From positions 1-64,000 of IMG/VR virus record IMGVR_UViG_3300022407_006250: a stretch of DNA of 64,000 nucleotides, one strand, 5' to 3'. Below, in pieces: positions 19,941-30,452 of the stretch (position 1 is its first letter; the number at the start of each line of letters is the position of its first letter). Source of the DNA: a virus. Position numbers and translations under genes: made by a program. The notes beneath the pieces are model-generated. The model was given only the letters and a program-made list of their open reading frames with translations. It was not told the origin of the DNA and did no database searches.

Positions 19941-22892
19941 GTGTACGTTGACGCACTCTTCCGTCGCGGTGGCGATTCAGAAACAATCAAAATTGTAGAA
20001 CGAGTAAATGGCGAGCGCGTCTATCGCGAATTTACACCCGACTATCACTTTTATATCAATGATGCTCGAGGCACAAGCAAATCTATCTATGGCGACTATG
20101 TAAAGAAAGTTGTACCAAAAAGTTTTGGAGAAAAGCAAAAACTAGTAAAATCTATTTCTAGTAATGTTAAAAAGTGGGAAACTGACATTGACCCTATATT
20201 TCGCTGCCTTGAGCAAAACTATCAACACGCAGATGCACCCACACTAAACATTGCATTTTTTGACATTGAAACCAGTTTTGATAAAGAGGCAGGCTGGTCG
20301 GAAGCATCTGAAGCTAATAATTATATCACGTCAATATCTGTACACCTGCAGTGGATTGATGAAATTATTTGTTTGGCAATACCGCCGGAAACACTTACAG
20401 AAAGCGAAGCACAGGAATTGGCCGATGAAGTTGGCAATGTTGTGCTTTTTAAATCCGAAGGTACAATGCTTGAAGCATTCATGGATGTGATTGAAGACGC
20501 TGATATTCTTAGTGGCTGGAACAGCGAAGCATATGATATTCCGTATACTGTTAATCGTATCAAGAAAATTCTAGGAAAACAAGAAGCAAGACGCATGTGC
20601 TTGTGGGATCAGGAACCCAAAGTTCGAGAATTTGAACGCGGCGGTAAAACACAGCCCACATATGACTTAATTGGCAGGGTGCATGTTGATTATCTTCAAC
20701 TGTATAAAAAATATAACTATGAAGAACGACACAGTTATGCTCTGAACGCCATTGCTGAAATTGAACTAGGTGAAAACAAAATTCAGTATGCCGGTACACT
20801 TGATGAACTTTACAACGACGATTTTAAAAAATTCTTAGAGTATAACATTCAGGACACTCGACTGCTTGACCGTCTTGATAAAAAATTGCAATTTATCGAC
20901 TTGGCAAATTCTATTGCACATTCAAGTTGTGTGTTAATTCAGACAACAATGGGTGCTGTTGCAGTTACAGATCAAAATGTGTTGATGGAAGCACATAACC
21001 GAAATATGGTTTGCCCAGATAAGAAGCGCAATAAGGACGAAGATGCCAGCCGCGCAGCAGGTGGGTGGGTTGCAACACCCAGGAAAGGATTTCACAGATG
21101 GATTGCCAGCACTGACATGAAGTCACTGTATCCATCTGTGATCAGGACACTTAATATGAGTCCTGAAACAATTGTGGGACAAATTCGACTAGACAGAACT
21201 AATCAGGCAATTGCTGACTGGGAGGCAAAAGGTGGAAAATGTACTTTTGCATCTTGGTGGAATGATAGATTTAATGTACTAGAGATGGAAGATTTTTATA
21301 ACGAAGATATTGGTAACAAACTAATATTAGATATGGAAAATGGGGAACAATATGAACTTACCGGAAAAGAACTTAAAGAATTAATTTTTGATAGTAATCA
21401 GCCATGGTGTATTAGTGCAAATGGCACAATCTTTAAAACTGACATCGATGGTGTAATTCCGGGACTGTTAACTCGTTGGTACAGCGAACGTAAAACTTTG
21501 CAAAAAATCATGACTAATTATCAGGACATAGCAGATAATTCCAAAATTGAGGGTGTTAAAATACCCGAAGAATTATTTACAAATGAAGATATTAGTGATA
21601 CAGACACAAAAGCTAATCCTTATTCAGAATCAGAGTCTTATGATCCTAAAAAATTAAAAAAGCTTGTTACTAAAGGGCTGAAGGAAGATGTGGTTCAATA
21701 TATGAATCAACACAATCTAGAAGTTAAAGATGGCAAGGCCATATATCGGGACCAGTATGATCTAAAAAGAATTGTTGGGTTCTGGGATAAGCGTCAGTTA
21801 GTTAAGAAGATTAATCTAAACTCTGCATATGGTGCGTTGCTAAATGCAGGTAGTCGATTTTTTGATCAAAGGTTAGGCCAGTCAACTACATTAACGGGCA
21901 GAACAATTACCAAGCACATGGCTGCCAAGACCAATGAGATGATAACCGGCGAATATGACCACTACGGTAAGTCTATTGTATACGGGGATACCGATTCTTG
22001 TTTTTTCTCTGCTTACCCAATTATTAAGAAAGAAATTGAAAGAAATGAAATTGTATGGACCAAGGAAAGTATTGTAGAATTGTACAATGATTTAGCCAAA
22101 GCAGTTTCTAATACATTTCCGGACTTTTTATTAAACAAACTAAATGTGCCAGTTAAGAGATCAACGGGAATTATTGCAAGCTCAAGAGAAACAGTTTCCG
22201 AAACTGGTATCTGGATGGTTAAAAAGCGTTATGCTTGTTTGATGTATGACAAGGATGGTATTAGACTTGATGTTAATGGCAAACCCGGTAAAGTCAAGGC
22301 AATGGGCCTGGACTTAAAGCGAGCAGATACACCCAAGTTTGTACAAGAGTTTTTATCTGAAATTTTGCTTGACACATTACGAGACAAAGGCGAAAACACA
22401 GTTATTGAAAAAATTAGAACTTTTAAAGAAAAGTTCGAAGATATGAAGCCGTGGCAGCAAGGCACTCCACGAGCAGTTAATAAATTATCCCATTATAGGG
22501 ATAAATTAGAGGATGCTGGAATTAAAAAGATGAAAGGCATTGAGGTCGGTAATCTTCACGTACCCGGGCATGTTACAGCAAGTTTGGCGTGGAACAGATT
22601 AAAAGAAATAAATCAAGATCAACATGCAATGCGTATTATTGATGGACAAAAAATTATTGTGTGTAAACTTAAACCCAATAATGATTACAATATTGATAAC
22701 ATAGCATTTCCGGTAGATATTGCACACTTGCCCGATTGGTTTACTGCATTGCCGTTTGATAGCGATGCTATGAGCGCCGGTATTGTAGACAAGAAAGTAG
22801 AGAATTTACTTTCAGTTCTATCCTGGGACTTATCTAGAACAAATAAAGATCATAAGCATTTGGAAACTTTATTTGATTTTAGTGGCATGTAA
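19941..22892 (+). CDS. family B DNA polymerase
   Basis: ExoI FFDIET, ExoII GWNS..YD, ExoIII YNIQD; motif A D..SLYPS, motif B K...NSAYG, motif C YGDTDS, KKRYA. Confidence 0.97.
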   Translation: MYVDALFRRGGDSETIKIVERVNGERVYREFTPDYHFYINDARGTSKSIYGDYVKKVVPKSFGEKQKLVKSISSNVKKWETDIDPIFRCLEQNYQHADAPTLNIAFFDIETSFDKEAGWSEASEANNYITSISVHLQWIDEIICLAIPPETLTESEAQELADEVGNVVLFKSEGTMLEAFMDVIEDADILSGWNSEAYDIPYTVNRIKKILGKQEARRMCLWDQEPKVREFERGGKTQPTYDLIGRVHVDYLQLYKKYNYEERHSYALNAIAEIELGENKIQYAGTLDELYNDDFKKFLEYNIQDTRLLDRLDKKLQFIDLANSIAHSSCVLIQTTMGAVAVTDQNVLMEAHNRNMVCPDKKRNKDEDASRAAGGWVATPRKGFHRWIASTDMKSLYPSVIRTLNMSPETIVGQIRLDRTNQAIADWEAKGGKCTFASWWNDRFNVLEMEDFYNEDIGNKLILDMENGEQYELTGKELKELIFDSNQPWCISANGTIFKTDIDGVIPGLLTRWYSERKTLQKIMTNYQDIADNSKIEGVKIPEELFTNEDISDTDTKANPYSESESYDPKKLKKLVTKGLKEDVVQYMNQHNLEVKDGKAIYRDQYDLKRIVGFWDKRQLVKKINLNSAYGALLNAGSRFFDQRLGQSTTLTGRTITKHMAAKTNEMITGEYDHYGKSIVYGDTDSCFFSAYPIIKKEIERNEIVWTKESIVELYNDLAKAVSNTFPDFLLNKLNVPVKRSTGIIASSRETVSETGIWMVKKRYACLMYDKDGIRLDVNGKPGKVKAMGLDLKRADTPKFVQEFLSEILLDTLRDKGENTVIEKIRTFKEKFEDMKPWQQGTPRAVNKLSHYRDKLEDAGIKKMKGIEVGNLHVPGHVTASLAWNRLKEINQDQHAMRIIDGQKIIVCKLKPNNDYNIDNIAFPVDIAHLPDWFTALPFDSDAMSAGIVDKKVENLLSVLSWDLSRTNKDHKHLETLFDFSGM

Positions 22893-23012
22893 TCATCTGC
22901 AACTATAAAGAAACGTTTGACTTTTGTCAGCAAGTATAATATACTTGTCATGACTAATAGTTGAAGAAACTAAACATACTACAGTATTTAAATTAAGAAA
23001 AGGAAAATACAA

Positions 23013-23759
23013 ATGAATATTCTTGACGGACTAAAAGACATTGTTAAACATACACATTCACTAGGATTTATTGAAATGGTAAAGATTGTTGGTACCGATA
23101 CGGAAACCAAAATTGAAGCCATTGATGCTGACAAGACTGTTGTTCTTTTTGGTAGTTTATCTCAACCAATTTCTGGGATTGATTCTACTGTGGGAATTTC
23201 TCGTATTTCAGTTCTAAAAGGCTTTATTGATTTCCCACTCTATTCTGAAGCTAGTGCTAGTATAGATGTTGTCAGCGAAACACGAGAGGGTGTGAATGTT
23301 CCGTCGGGTATTGATTTTGTTACAGGATCTGGGCATCTTTCGCACTATCGCTTTATGAGTGAAACAATGGTAAATGAACAGATCAAAGTTCCACCATTTA
23401 AAGGTGCAACATGGGATATAACCATTGAGCCAGAAAAGAAAAAGATTTCGGAGCTGGGTTATTTTCTTGGTGTGTTGGGCGGCTTTGAAAAACGATTTAC
23501 TGTAAGTGTTGACAAGGGTACACTCAATTTTAACATTGGCTCTGGTCCAACAGACAGGACCACATATCCTTTTGCTAAAAATGTAACAGGTACACTAAAG
23601 CATCAGTGGTCATGGCCATTGGGACAGGTTCTTAGTATTCTGAAGTTGAGTGAGACATCTTCAACAACCACAATGAAGTTTTCGGATATGGGTGCTCTAA
23701 TGATTGAGATTGATAGTGTCACTGGAAAATATTCCTATATTTTACCGGCCGGCAAGTAA
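23013..23759 (+). CDS. DNA polymerase sliding clamp (gp45-like), putative
   Basis: 248 aa, follows polB, beta-rich, C-terminal G...I.......YSYILPA. Confidence 0.65.
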   Translation: MNILDGLKDIVKHTHSLGFIEMVKIVGTDTETKIEAIDADKTVVLFGSLSQPISGIDSTVGISRISVLKGFIDFPLYSEASASIDVVSETREGVNVPSGIDFVTGSGHLSHYRFMSETMVNEQIKVPPFKGATWDITIEPEKKKISELGYFLGVLGGFEKRFTVSVDKGTLNFNIGSGPTDRTTYPFAKNVTGTLKHQWSWPLGQVLSILKLSETSSTTTMKFSDMGALMIEIDSVTGKYSYILPAGK

Positions 23760-23776
23760 CAAGACCTAAATACAAG

Positions 23777-25342
23777 ATGACAAACAAAGTAAACTTTACA
23801 GAACGACATATTGCAGGCGGGTATGCTAAATATCTTCCTGCAATCAGCGGTTTTTACACTACTCACTTGGGTAAGGATCTTAGTGATCCAACATTTGTCC
23901 CGCAGGAACGCTTACCTAAGAAATTTGAATTTGGGCTGCAAGGGCTTAATTTTCTCGATGAAGAGTACAGTTACTTTAATTATAAATACGGGCTATATTC
24001 GGCAGGTCACGCTGAAAGAAATCTAACCAAGTGTAATGACCGAGAACCCATGATCCATAAGCGTGATCGTAGTAAAACAATACTTGTTGGTGACTCGGGT
24101 GGATTCCAGATTGCCACCGGAGTTATTAAACTTGACTGGGCTACAGTAAAAACACCAGCAGGAGATAAACTAAGAGAAGAAATCTTACGTTATCTTGAAC
24201 ATACTGCCGATTGGTCAATGACGCTGGATGTTCCTGCTTTTGCAGCATTGCCGCCGCTTAGTGAAAAAACTGGACTAACCAAGTTCTCTGATTGCTTGGA
24301 AGTCACCGAATATAATCTTAAATATTTTATGGAACATCGTGTTCCGGGTAAAACTAAATTTTTAAATGTTTTATCCGGAAGCGATAATATAAATTCTAAA
24401 GAATGGTATGATATTGTAAAAAAATATAGTATCTCTTCGGAAGTTGTTGAAATGGGATACTCAAAAGACCGGACTTTAGAGGGCTGGGCATTTGCAGGTA
24501 TCAATATGAAAAACATGAGAACTGTTCTTGAAAGATTGCTTGACCTGAGGAGAGACGGTCTCCTTAAAGACAAAGACTGGATTCACTTTTTGGGAATTGG
24601 GCGGCTTGATTGGGCTTGTTACCTAACATCAATTGAGCGATTATTAAAGAAGCATGATAACCCTAATATAAACATTAGTTTTGATGCTGCATCACCATTT
24701 GTTGCAGCAGGCGGTTATGCGCTATCATACAATTACAATAAATTTAATTCAGACCAACTTACCTATGCAATGGGCCGCGGCATTGATGACAAGAGTTTGA
24801 AAAATAGTACACTTGCAATGCCTTTCCAGGGACCAATTATGGAACGCTTAACTGTCGGAGATGTTTGTGTCATGGGCCCCGGTGACTTAAACAAGCACGG
24901 TAAGGAAGGCAAAACTAGCTGGGATACAACTACATATGCATTGATTATGGCGCATAATGTGCATAATCATATTGAGGCTGTTCAGGAAATCAATAGACTT
25001 GCTGATGTTGAATATGCTACCAGAAAGAATGTAGATTATCTCGACTGGTATCAAATGCGAAATAAAAAGAAGAATACCAGTCTAAGTGATTTTGTTCCAA
25101 ATTCTATTTTGTTTTTTAATGACTTTGCTGAAAAGTTATTAGATCCTGCTAATCCAGCCCCGTATAATATGATTAAGGATAATCAATTATTTCTTGATTT
25201 TGTTAGCTTTGGAGACAAAAAGGTTACAACTACATTAGGAAACGACAATATGTGGGGAGAAATTGCTGATGAAAAGACTATACCTTCTATCGAAGATATG
25301 GCAAGCCTTGATAAAGAAGATTTAATTGATTTGTGCGAATAG
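23777..25342 (+). CDS. dpdA: TGT-fold 7-deazaguanine DNA transglycosylase (DpdA-like)
   Basis: GDSGGFQ, MTLDVP, LNVLSG, GWAFAG, IHFLG and SFDAASPF TGT motifs; clustered with queE and a T-fold gene. Confidence 0.75.
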   Translation: MTNKVNFTERHIAGGYAKYLPAISGFYTTHLGKDLSDPTFVPQERLPKKFEFGLQGLNFLDEEYSYFNYKYGLYSAGHAERNLTKCNDREPMIHKRDRSKTILVGDSGGFQIATGVIKLDWATVKTPAGDKLREEILRYLEHTADWSMTLDVPAFAALPPLSEKTGLTKFSDCLEVTEYNLKYFMEHRVPGKTKFLNVLSGSDNINSKEWYDIVKKYSISSEVVEMGYSKDRTLEGWAFAGINMKNMRTVLERLLDLRRDGLLKDKDWIHFLGIGRLDWACYLTSIERLLKKHDNPNINISFDAASPFVAAGGYALSYNYNKFNSDQLTYAMGRGIDDKSLKNSTLAMPFQGPIMERLTVGDVCVMGPGDLNKHGKEGKTSWDTTTYALIMAHNVHNHIEAVQEINRLADVEYATRKNVDYLDWYQMRNKKKNTSLSDFVPNSILFFNDFAEKLLDPANPAPYNMIKDNQLFLDFVSFGDKKVTTTLGNDNMWGEIADEKTIPSIEDMASLDKEDLIDLCE

Positions 25343-25376
25343 TCAGTATACAATTATACAAATTTAAGGAACTACA

Positions 25377-25694
25377 ATGAGTAAAAAGAAACTGTTTGTT
25401 GTTGACACAATTTCATCATTTCGTATGCGTTATGTGATAGAAGCTGATGAGCTTGAACATGCATACGACGAGGTTCTTATGCGAAATTCCGGAGATAATA
25501 AAGACGCGTTTGAAGAAATGACGCAACGGTATCTTGGAGAAACTATTCTAGATGGTAGAGAAATTACCAAGGAAGAATTTAACTCCATGCTAACACAATA
25601 TGAAAGTGATAAAAATGAACTATCATCCTACTGGATGGGAGAAAAATTGATTCGAGTCGTTGATTATGATGAAAAAAGTAAGACCAGTGCCTGA
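25377..25694 (+). CDS. hypothetical protein
   Basis: AAGGA RBS, 105 aa. Confidence 0.7.
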   Translation: MSKKKLFVVDTISSFRMRYVIEADELEHAYDEVLMRNSGDNKDAFEEMTQRYLGETILDGREITKEEFNSMLTQYESDKNELSSYWMGEKLIRVVDYDEKSKTSA

Positions 25695-25923
25695 GCACAA
25701 AGACAAACTTGGACAGGTTATAAACGAAGGAACCAAGGTTGCTGTTTCAAGACTTAATCAATTAAGAATATGCTCTGTTATAAAATTGACTCCGAAGATG
25801 ATACGTGTTGTTCCAGTCAACGACGGTTATCCATCATCGGGATTTCAGATATTTGGCCATCAAGCAGTTGTTGTTGATACCACAGATGTACTTTCATATA
25901 TACTACAGGGCCATACAGGCTAA
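25666..25923 (+). CDS. hypothetical protein
   Basis: overlaps previous gene; KDKLGQ.I..G..VA pattern. Confidence 0.6.
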   Translation: MMKKVRPVPEHKDKLGQVINEGTKVAVSRLNQLRICSVIKLTPKMIRVVPVNDGYPSSGFQIFGHQAVVVDTTDVLSYILQGHTG

Positions 25924-25990
25924 TAATAAAATTATACTGTGTTTACAAAAAACTATATAAATATTCACCACATAATCGGAAATATATAAA

Positions 25991-27169
25991 ATGCGAAAAT
26001 TATTTTACATGGGGCTTGAAAGTTACGAAAGTCGTTACACTCTACAACTGCAAGACTGGAATGAACAAGTTTTTAAACGTCGCGGTGTTGATTACGAACT
26101 TGTTACAGGACAGGAACTAACAGCAGATAAGAATATTGTTACTGGTAGTGTACTTGATGCACACGGGCGTACATATTACAGTATGACACAAACTGCCAAT
26201 CTTGTTAAGCTCATGAAAGAAGGCAAGATAACAAGCCAGGATGTTATTTTTTACGAAGATATGTTCACTCCCGGTATTGAAAGTTTACCATATATTCTTG
26301 ATCAAGTGCCCAAGAAGTTCCGCCCAAAGGTTTATGTACGATGTCTAGCACAAAGTATCGACCCTGATGATTTTGTGAATCGCGAAGGAATGGCACGCTG
26401 GATGCGACACTTTGAAAAGATGGTTGACGAATTTGTAACAGGGATTCTTGTTGCTAGCGAAGAGATGGTGGCCCATTTACGCATTGCCGGACTAAAGGCA
26501 CCTATCTATGTTACTGGATTACCCTTTGGCAAAAAAGAAGTTGCAAGTCGAGTATCTTATGTTAAACCAATTACAGCTCGTGAACAACGAGTGGCATTTG
26601 CTGCAAGATGGGACGATGAAAAGCAGCCAGAATTTTACATGCAATTGGCACAAAGGTTTTATAAAACTCGCCCCGAAGTAGAGTTTGCTGTCTTTAGTGG
26701 ACACCCTGCACTAAAAAGTAATAATAAGAATCATTTAGAATTTGCAAAATATCTAGAAAATAGTGGGACTGCAAATTTTAAAGTGTATACCGGACTAAAG
26801 AAGAATGACTATTATGAACTCTTGGCAGACAGTGTTGTGCTATTTAATTGTGCATTGCAAGACTGGGTCAGTAACACAGTGAGTGAAGCTGATACATTTG
26901 GTACTCTTACTTTATATCCGGCTTATCGTAGCTTCCCGGAAGTGTTTGCCAATAATGCAAAAAATATGTATATTCCGTGGAGCGTGGATGATGCTGCTGA
27001 ACGTCTTGAAAAAATGTTTATGCAACCGGCCGGTTATAGTACGGGTGCAGTAAGTGACTGGCAAGATGGCACTATTGATCGTACGCTTGATGTATTTGAA
27101 GGCGAGGGTGATGAGTGGGCGAGAAACAGTAATGATTACAGAAAACATGTAGCCAAAGCAAAATATTAA
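25991..27169 (+). CDS. GT-B fold glycosyltransferase
   Basis: VAFAARWDDEKQP and LFNCALQDWVSNTVSEA nucleotide-sugar-binding motifs; TATAAATA promoter at ~25956. Confidence 0.75.
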   Translation: MRKLFYMGLESYESRYTLQLQDWNEQVFKRRGVDYELVTGQELTADKNIVTGSVLDAHGRTYYSMTQTANLVKLMKEGKITSQDVIFYEDMFTPGIESLPYILDQVPKKFRPKVYVRCLAQSIDPDDFVNREGMARWMRHFEKMVDEFVTGILVASEEMVAHLRIAGLKAPIYVTGLPFGKKEVASRVSYVKPITAREQRVAFAARWDDEKQPEFYMQLAQRFYKTRPEVEFAVFSGHPALKSNNKNHLEFAKYLENSGTANFKVYTGLKKNDYYELLADSVVLFNCALQDWVSNTVSEADTFGTLTLYPAYRSFPEVFANNAKNMYIPWSVDDAAERLEKMFMQPAGYSTGAVSDWQDGTIDRTLDVFEGEGDEWARNSNDYRKHVAKAKY

Positions 27170-27184
27170 TTTAAAGGAAATATC

Positions 27185-27997
27185 ATGAATAGAGATGGGC
27201 ATAATAACGTAAAATTTTTCGTAGGATCAGAAGTTGAACATACACCAGCATATGCAAAAAGAACACTTTTTGTAGTTGATATTCAGGATGCGGCGGAAAT
27301 TGAGCAACTGGCCAGGGAACAGAAAACACCACATATCTTTTTGGGTGCAAATCATTCTTTCGAGGGCGAAATCGAATCTGCTAAACAACATGAAAAAATT
27401 ATTCATACATTGCTGGATCGTGGTTTTTGGGTTACAATAGAATATCCAGCCCACAAACATGATGTTATGCTAAAAGTATTGAATGCCGGCATTTGGCAAA
27501 GTAGAAACTTTGTACCATTGCTTCGGGTGCAAATACCCAAGATTGAAAACTCAAGTATCAATCTAACAGTCAAGATTGATGATATTGATTTTAATGCAAC
27601 TAATCCGGGTGTATGGTGTATGCATTATCGTGAATTAACCGATAGCAATCGGTTTACCGGATGGGTTGATTACGAAGCCGATTCGGTAATAGGCGATGAA
27701 GTTACCGAAGATAGTGAACAGACTATTGATATTGTTGAAAATGAGCCTATTACTGATGTTGAAACTGTTGTGCAGGAAGATTTAAATAATACCGAATTGG
27801 GCTTAGATATTAATCCAACTACATCGCTAAAACCTGATCCAGAAGAAGATGATGCTTATACCAGACAACTCAAAGGTACACCTGTTGTAAATTCGCCCGA
27901 TGAAGCTGCTGCGCTTTATGCTGCTGATGCAACCACAGACTCACTCGGCAAAAATGCTCCAAAGAAAACTAAAGTGACCAAGAAGGCCGAAGCGTGA
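27185..27997 (+). CDS. hypothetical protein in the deazaguanine cluster
   Basis: globular N-terminal domain (HIFLGANHSF, KIDD.DF.ATNPGVWC) and acidic disordered tail. Confidence 0.7.
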   Translation: MNRDGHNNVKFFVGSEVEHTPAYAKRTLFVVDIQDAAEIEQLAREQKTPHIFLGANHSFEGEIESAKQHEKIIHTLLDRGFWVTIEYPAHKHDVMLKVLNAGIWQSRNFVPLLRVQIPKIENSSINLTVKIDDIDFNATNPGVWCMHYRELTDSNRFTGWVDYEADSVIGDEVTEDSEQTIDIVENEPITDVETVVQEDLNNTELGLDINPTTSLKPDPEEDDAYTRQLKGTPVVNSPDEAAALYAADATTDSLGKNAPKKTKVTKKAEA

Positions 27998-28386
27998 TAA
28001 ACGAACATAATGTAAAGCGTTGGATTTGGGTAAAGTTTACCAAGGAGGGTATTCACAAATATCCTGCTGCACTTACAGATCCCAACTTGGCCACTGGTGA
28101 CGAGTATGATGTAAGTTTCTTAGGATATCCTCACCGCCACACCTTTCATTTTAAAGTAGCAATTACAGTTGAACACTCCGATCGCGCAATTGAATTTATA
28201 CAATTCAAGCGTTGGTTAGAAAATTTGTATAAAAGTGATACCTTGCAACTGGACTATAAGTCCTGTGAAATGATTGCTGAAGATTTATATCTACAAATTT
28301 CCACCAAGTATCCGGGTAGAGAAGTCAAAATTGATGTCAGCGAAGATGATGAGAACGGCGCCTATATGGAATTTGTCCCCGATTAA
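27994..28386 (+). CDS. T-fold QueD paralogue, probably CDG decarboxylase (DpdL-like)
   Basis: LGYPHRHTF (LxxxHRHxF rather than QueD CxxxHGH), IEF..FKRWL, SCEMIA, VSED.ENGA. Confidence 0.65.
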   Translation: MINEHNVKRWIWVKFTKEGIHKYPAALTDPNLATGDEYDVSFLGYPHRHTFHFKVAITVEHSDRAIEFIQFKRWLENLYKSDTLQLDYKSCEMIAEDLYLQISTKYPGREVKIDVSEDDENGAYMEFVPD

Positions 28387-28389
28387 TAA

Positions 28390-28623
28390 ATGGCAGAAAC
28401 AGTAGAGAACCATAATGAATCAATGTTGTTTGATAAAAAATATAAAATTATCATTGAATATAATTATGGTTTTGATTATACAGAGATGCTTGGTTGGGTA
28501 AATAAAAACTCTAAGGGATCAGTTGATATAAAATTTGATAGCAATTCACTTAAAAGTTTATTATACCTAGGCTTTGAAGAATTAGATGACGCGTTAGTAT
28601 TTAAAATAAAATATTCAGTATAA
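28390..28623 (+). CDS. small protein of the ...DA..FKLK(W/F/Y) family
   Basis: C-terminal GFEELDDALVFKIKY. Confidence 0.65.
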   Translation: MAETVENHNESMLFDKKYKIIIEYNYGFDYTEMLGWVNKNSKGSVDIKFDSNSLKSLLYLGFEELDDALVFKIKYSV

Positions 28624-28633
28624 AAGGAAAAAT

Positions 28634-29128
28634 ATGGCATTTTGGGGGAACAATCATTCAGTAGCCAATACAGTAAACACTGCCGTCTTTGGCCCTATAC
28701 CATATGCTAGCGGAGGGCCTGGGTCAATAGGTTACCCAGGCACCATCAGCGCGGCCAACACTAGTACCAGTAATATTATGACTAATTATACGACAAGTGC
28801 TATGAACAGTATCTTTATATCACAACCGCCCAATGTAATGTCTATTAGAGCTCCAAATGGTAAAGATATTGTTACAATAGAGAATGATGGTACTATTACT
28901 TGGGCTGATACTATTGACGTTGATGCAGCAGCCGAATCCTTTGGGCAAGTTCTTGCACTGAGTGTTGAAATGCGGGCAGGCATTACAAGTGCTATTAAAT
29001 CCAAAATTCGTGACAGTGTGTTTGAAGATTTAATAAGTATTGCTCAAGACAAAGGATCACTGACAGCAGAGGATTTGACTTATTTGCTGAGATCAAGTAA
29101 AATTATAGAAAATTTAAAAGGAATATAA
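28634..29128 (+). CDS. hypothetical protein
   Basis: AAGGA RBS, 164 aa. Confidence 0.65.
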   Translation: MAFWGNNHSVANTVNTAVFGPIPYASGGPGSIGYPGTISAANTSTSNIMTNYTTSAMNSIFISQPPNVMSIRAPNGKDIVTIENDGTITWADTIDVDAAAESFGQVLALSVEMRAGITSAIKSKIRDSVFEDLISIAQDKGSLTAEDLTYLLRSSKIIENLKGI

Positions 29129-29129
29129 C

Positions 29130-30011
29130 ATGTTTGGTACTAATGAAATTGTGGGCAAGAAGTTTTTTAAAGATGCAGCTGAAGATAGTTTGTTTGTTAC
29201 TAGCATGTTTTTTACATTGCAGGGCGAGGGACCTTATGCTGGAATGCCCGCACTTTTTATTCGACTAACTAAATGCAATTTAGACTGTAGTTTTTGTGAC
29301 ACTTTCTTTGATGATGGCGATTGGATGACATTTGAAGAAATTGAAGCAAAGGCATATCATACAATTTGTGATTACTGGAATTCAAAAGGGCAGAGTGCGC
29401 CGCTATGGGCAGTACCCAACGGTGTAGGCACCGTAAGCTATCCAAATATTGTGCTTGTAATTACCGGTGGCGAACCCATGCTGCAAAGCAACCTAACTGC
29501 TTTCTTGCAAAAGCAATTGCCAATGTACAAGCATATTCAAATTGAAAGCAACGGCACAGTTGATCAACCTATCCCGGGAGATGTTACCCTGGTATGCAGC
29601 CCAAAGTGTGCAGAAAAAGAAGGCAAGGCCATCAAGTATCTTGCACCAACCAAACTAATTTTAGAACGTGCTGATTGCTTAAAGTTTGTAATGAGTGCAG
29701 AAGAAGATAATCCTTATAGCTCTATTCCGCAGTGGGCGCATGAGTGGAAAGAACGTACCGGTAAAGAAATTTATGTTAGCCCAATGAATGTCTATAATAC
29801 TCTGCCACAGAAGATCAAACTACTTCGTGCAGAGGACGGTAAAATCACGATGGCAGAACGGTCCACAGTAGATGAAGTTATTTCATTTTTTGAGCCGGGC
29901 CTTTTAGATTACGACGCAATTAGGAAAAACTATGAATATACAGCACGTTACTGTATGTCATATGGCTGTAGACTAAACTTGCAACAACATCTTTTCTGTA
30001 ATATTGCCTAA
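29130..30011 (+). CDS. queE: 7-carboxy-7-deazaguanine synthase (radical SAM)
   Basis: F.TLQGEG...G.PA.FIRL..CNL.C.FCDT, VITGGEP, IESNGT, SPK, LKFV, RLNLQQH. Confidence 0.9.
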   Translation: MFGTNEIVGKKFFKDAAEDSLFVTSMFFTLQGEGPYAGMPALFIRLTKCNLDCSFCDTFFDDGDWMTFEEIEAKAYHTICDYWNSKGQSAPLWAVPNGVGTVSYPNIVLVITGGEPMLQSNLTAFLQKQLPMYKHIQIESNGTVDQPIPGDVTLVCSPKCAEKEGKAIKYLAPTKLILERADCLKFVMSAEEDNPYSSIPQWAHEWKERTGKEIYVSPMNVYNTLPQKIKLLRAEDGKITMAERSTVDEVISFFEPGLLDYDAIRKNYEYTARYCMSYGCRLNLQQHLFCNIA

Positions 30012-30026
30012 TGCCTCGAGTAACAT

Positions 30027-30239
30027 GTGATTCAGATTAGAAATAAAAAACATGACAATGTAACATTGTGGACAAGAGTGGCACCACCAGACTCACATTT
30101 CTTAGATGATGATGCAGTAGCCTGGTGCCGCGATAACGGATCTGATGATAAATTTTTTTACTGTTTTGGATATTTTCTTTTTGAAAATCCCGTAGATGCC
30201 CTGGCATTTAAAATTAAATGGAGCAATGGCATTAGGTAA
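30027..30239 (+). CDS. small protein of the ...DA..FKLKW family
   Basis: C-terminal FLFENPVDALAFKIKW. Confidence 0.6.
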   Translation: MIQIRNKKHDNVTLWTRVAPPDSHFLDDDAVAWCRDNGSDDKFFYCFGYFLFENPVDALAFKIKWSNGIR

Positions 30240-30452
30240 CACTGGTACTATTCTAAATTCTAATGATGAAACTAAATTTTTTGTTAAATACAGTAAGCGT
30301 AGTTTTAAACTCACTTTTTAAAACAAGATTCATAATCTCAAATCTTAATCTGGGTTTGATCTTGCAGCAAAATTATCAAAATCAGATTTCGAAATAATTT
30401 TTGGAATCTTAAAAAAATATCTCACTTTTACATTTAAAATACGGAAATAAAT

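Noticed and set aside
21500-21790. Intein in DNA polymerase
   Set aside because: No N-terminal Cys/Ser block, no terminal His-Asn, and no homing endonuclease motifs.
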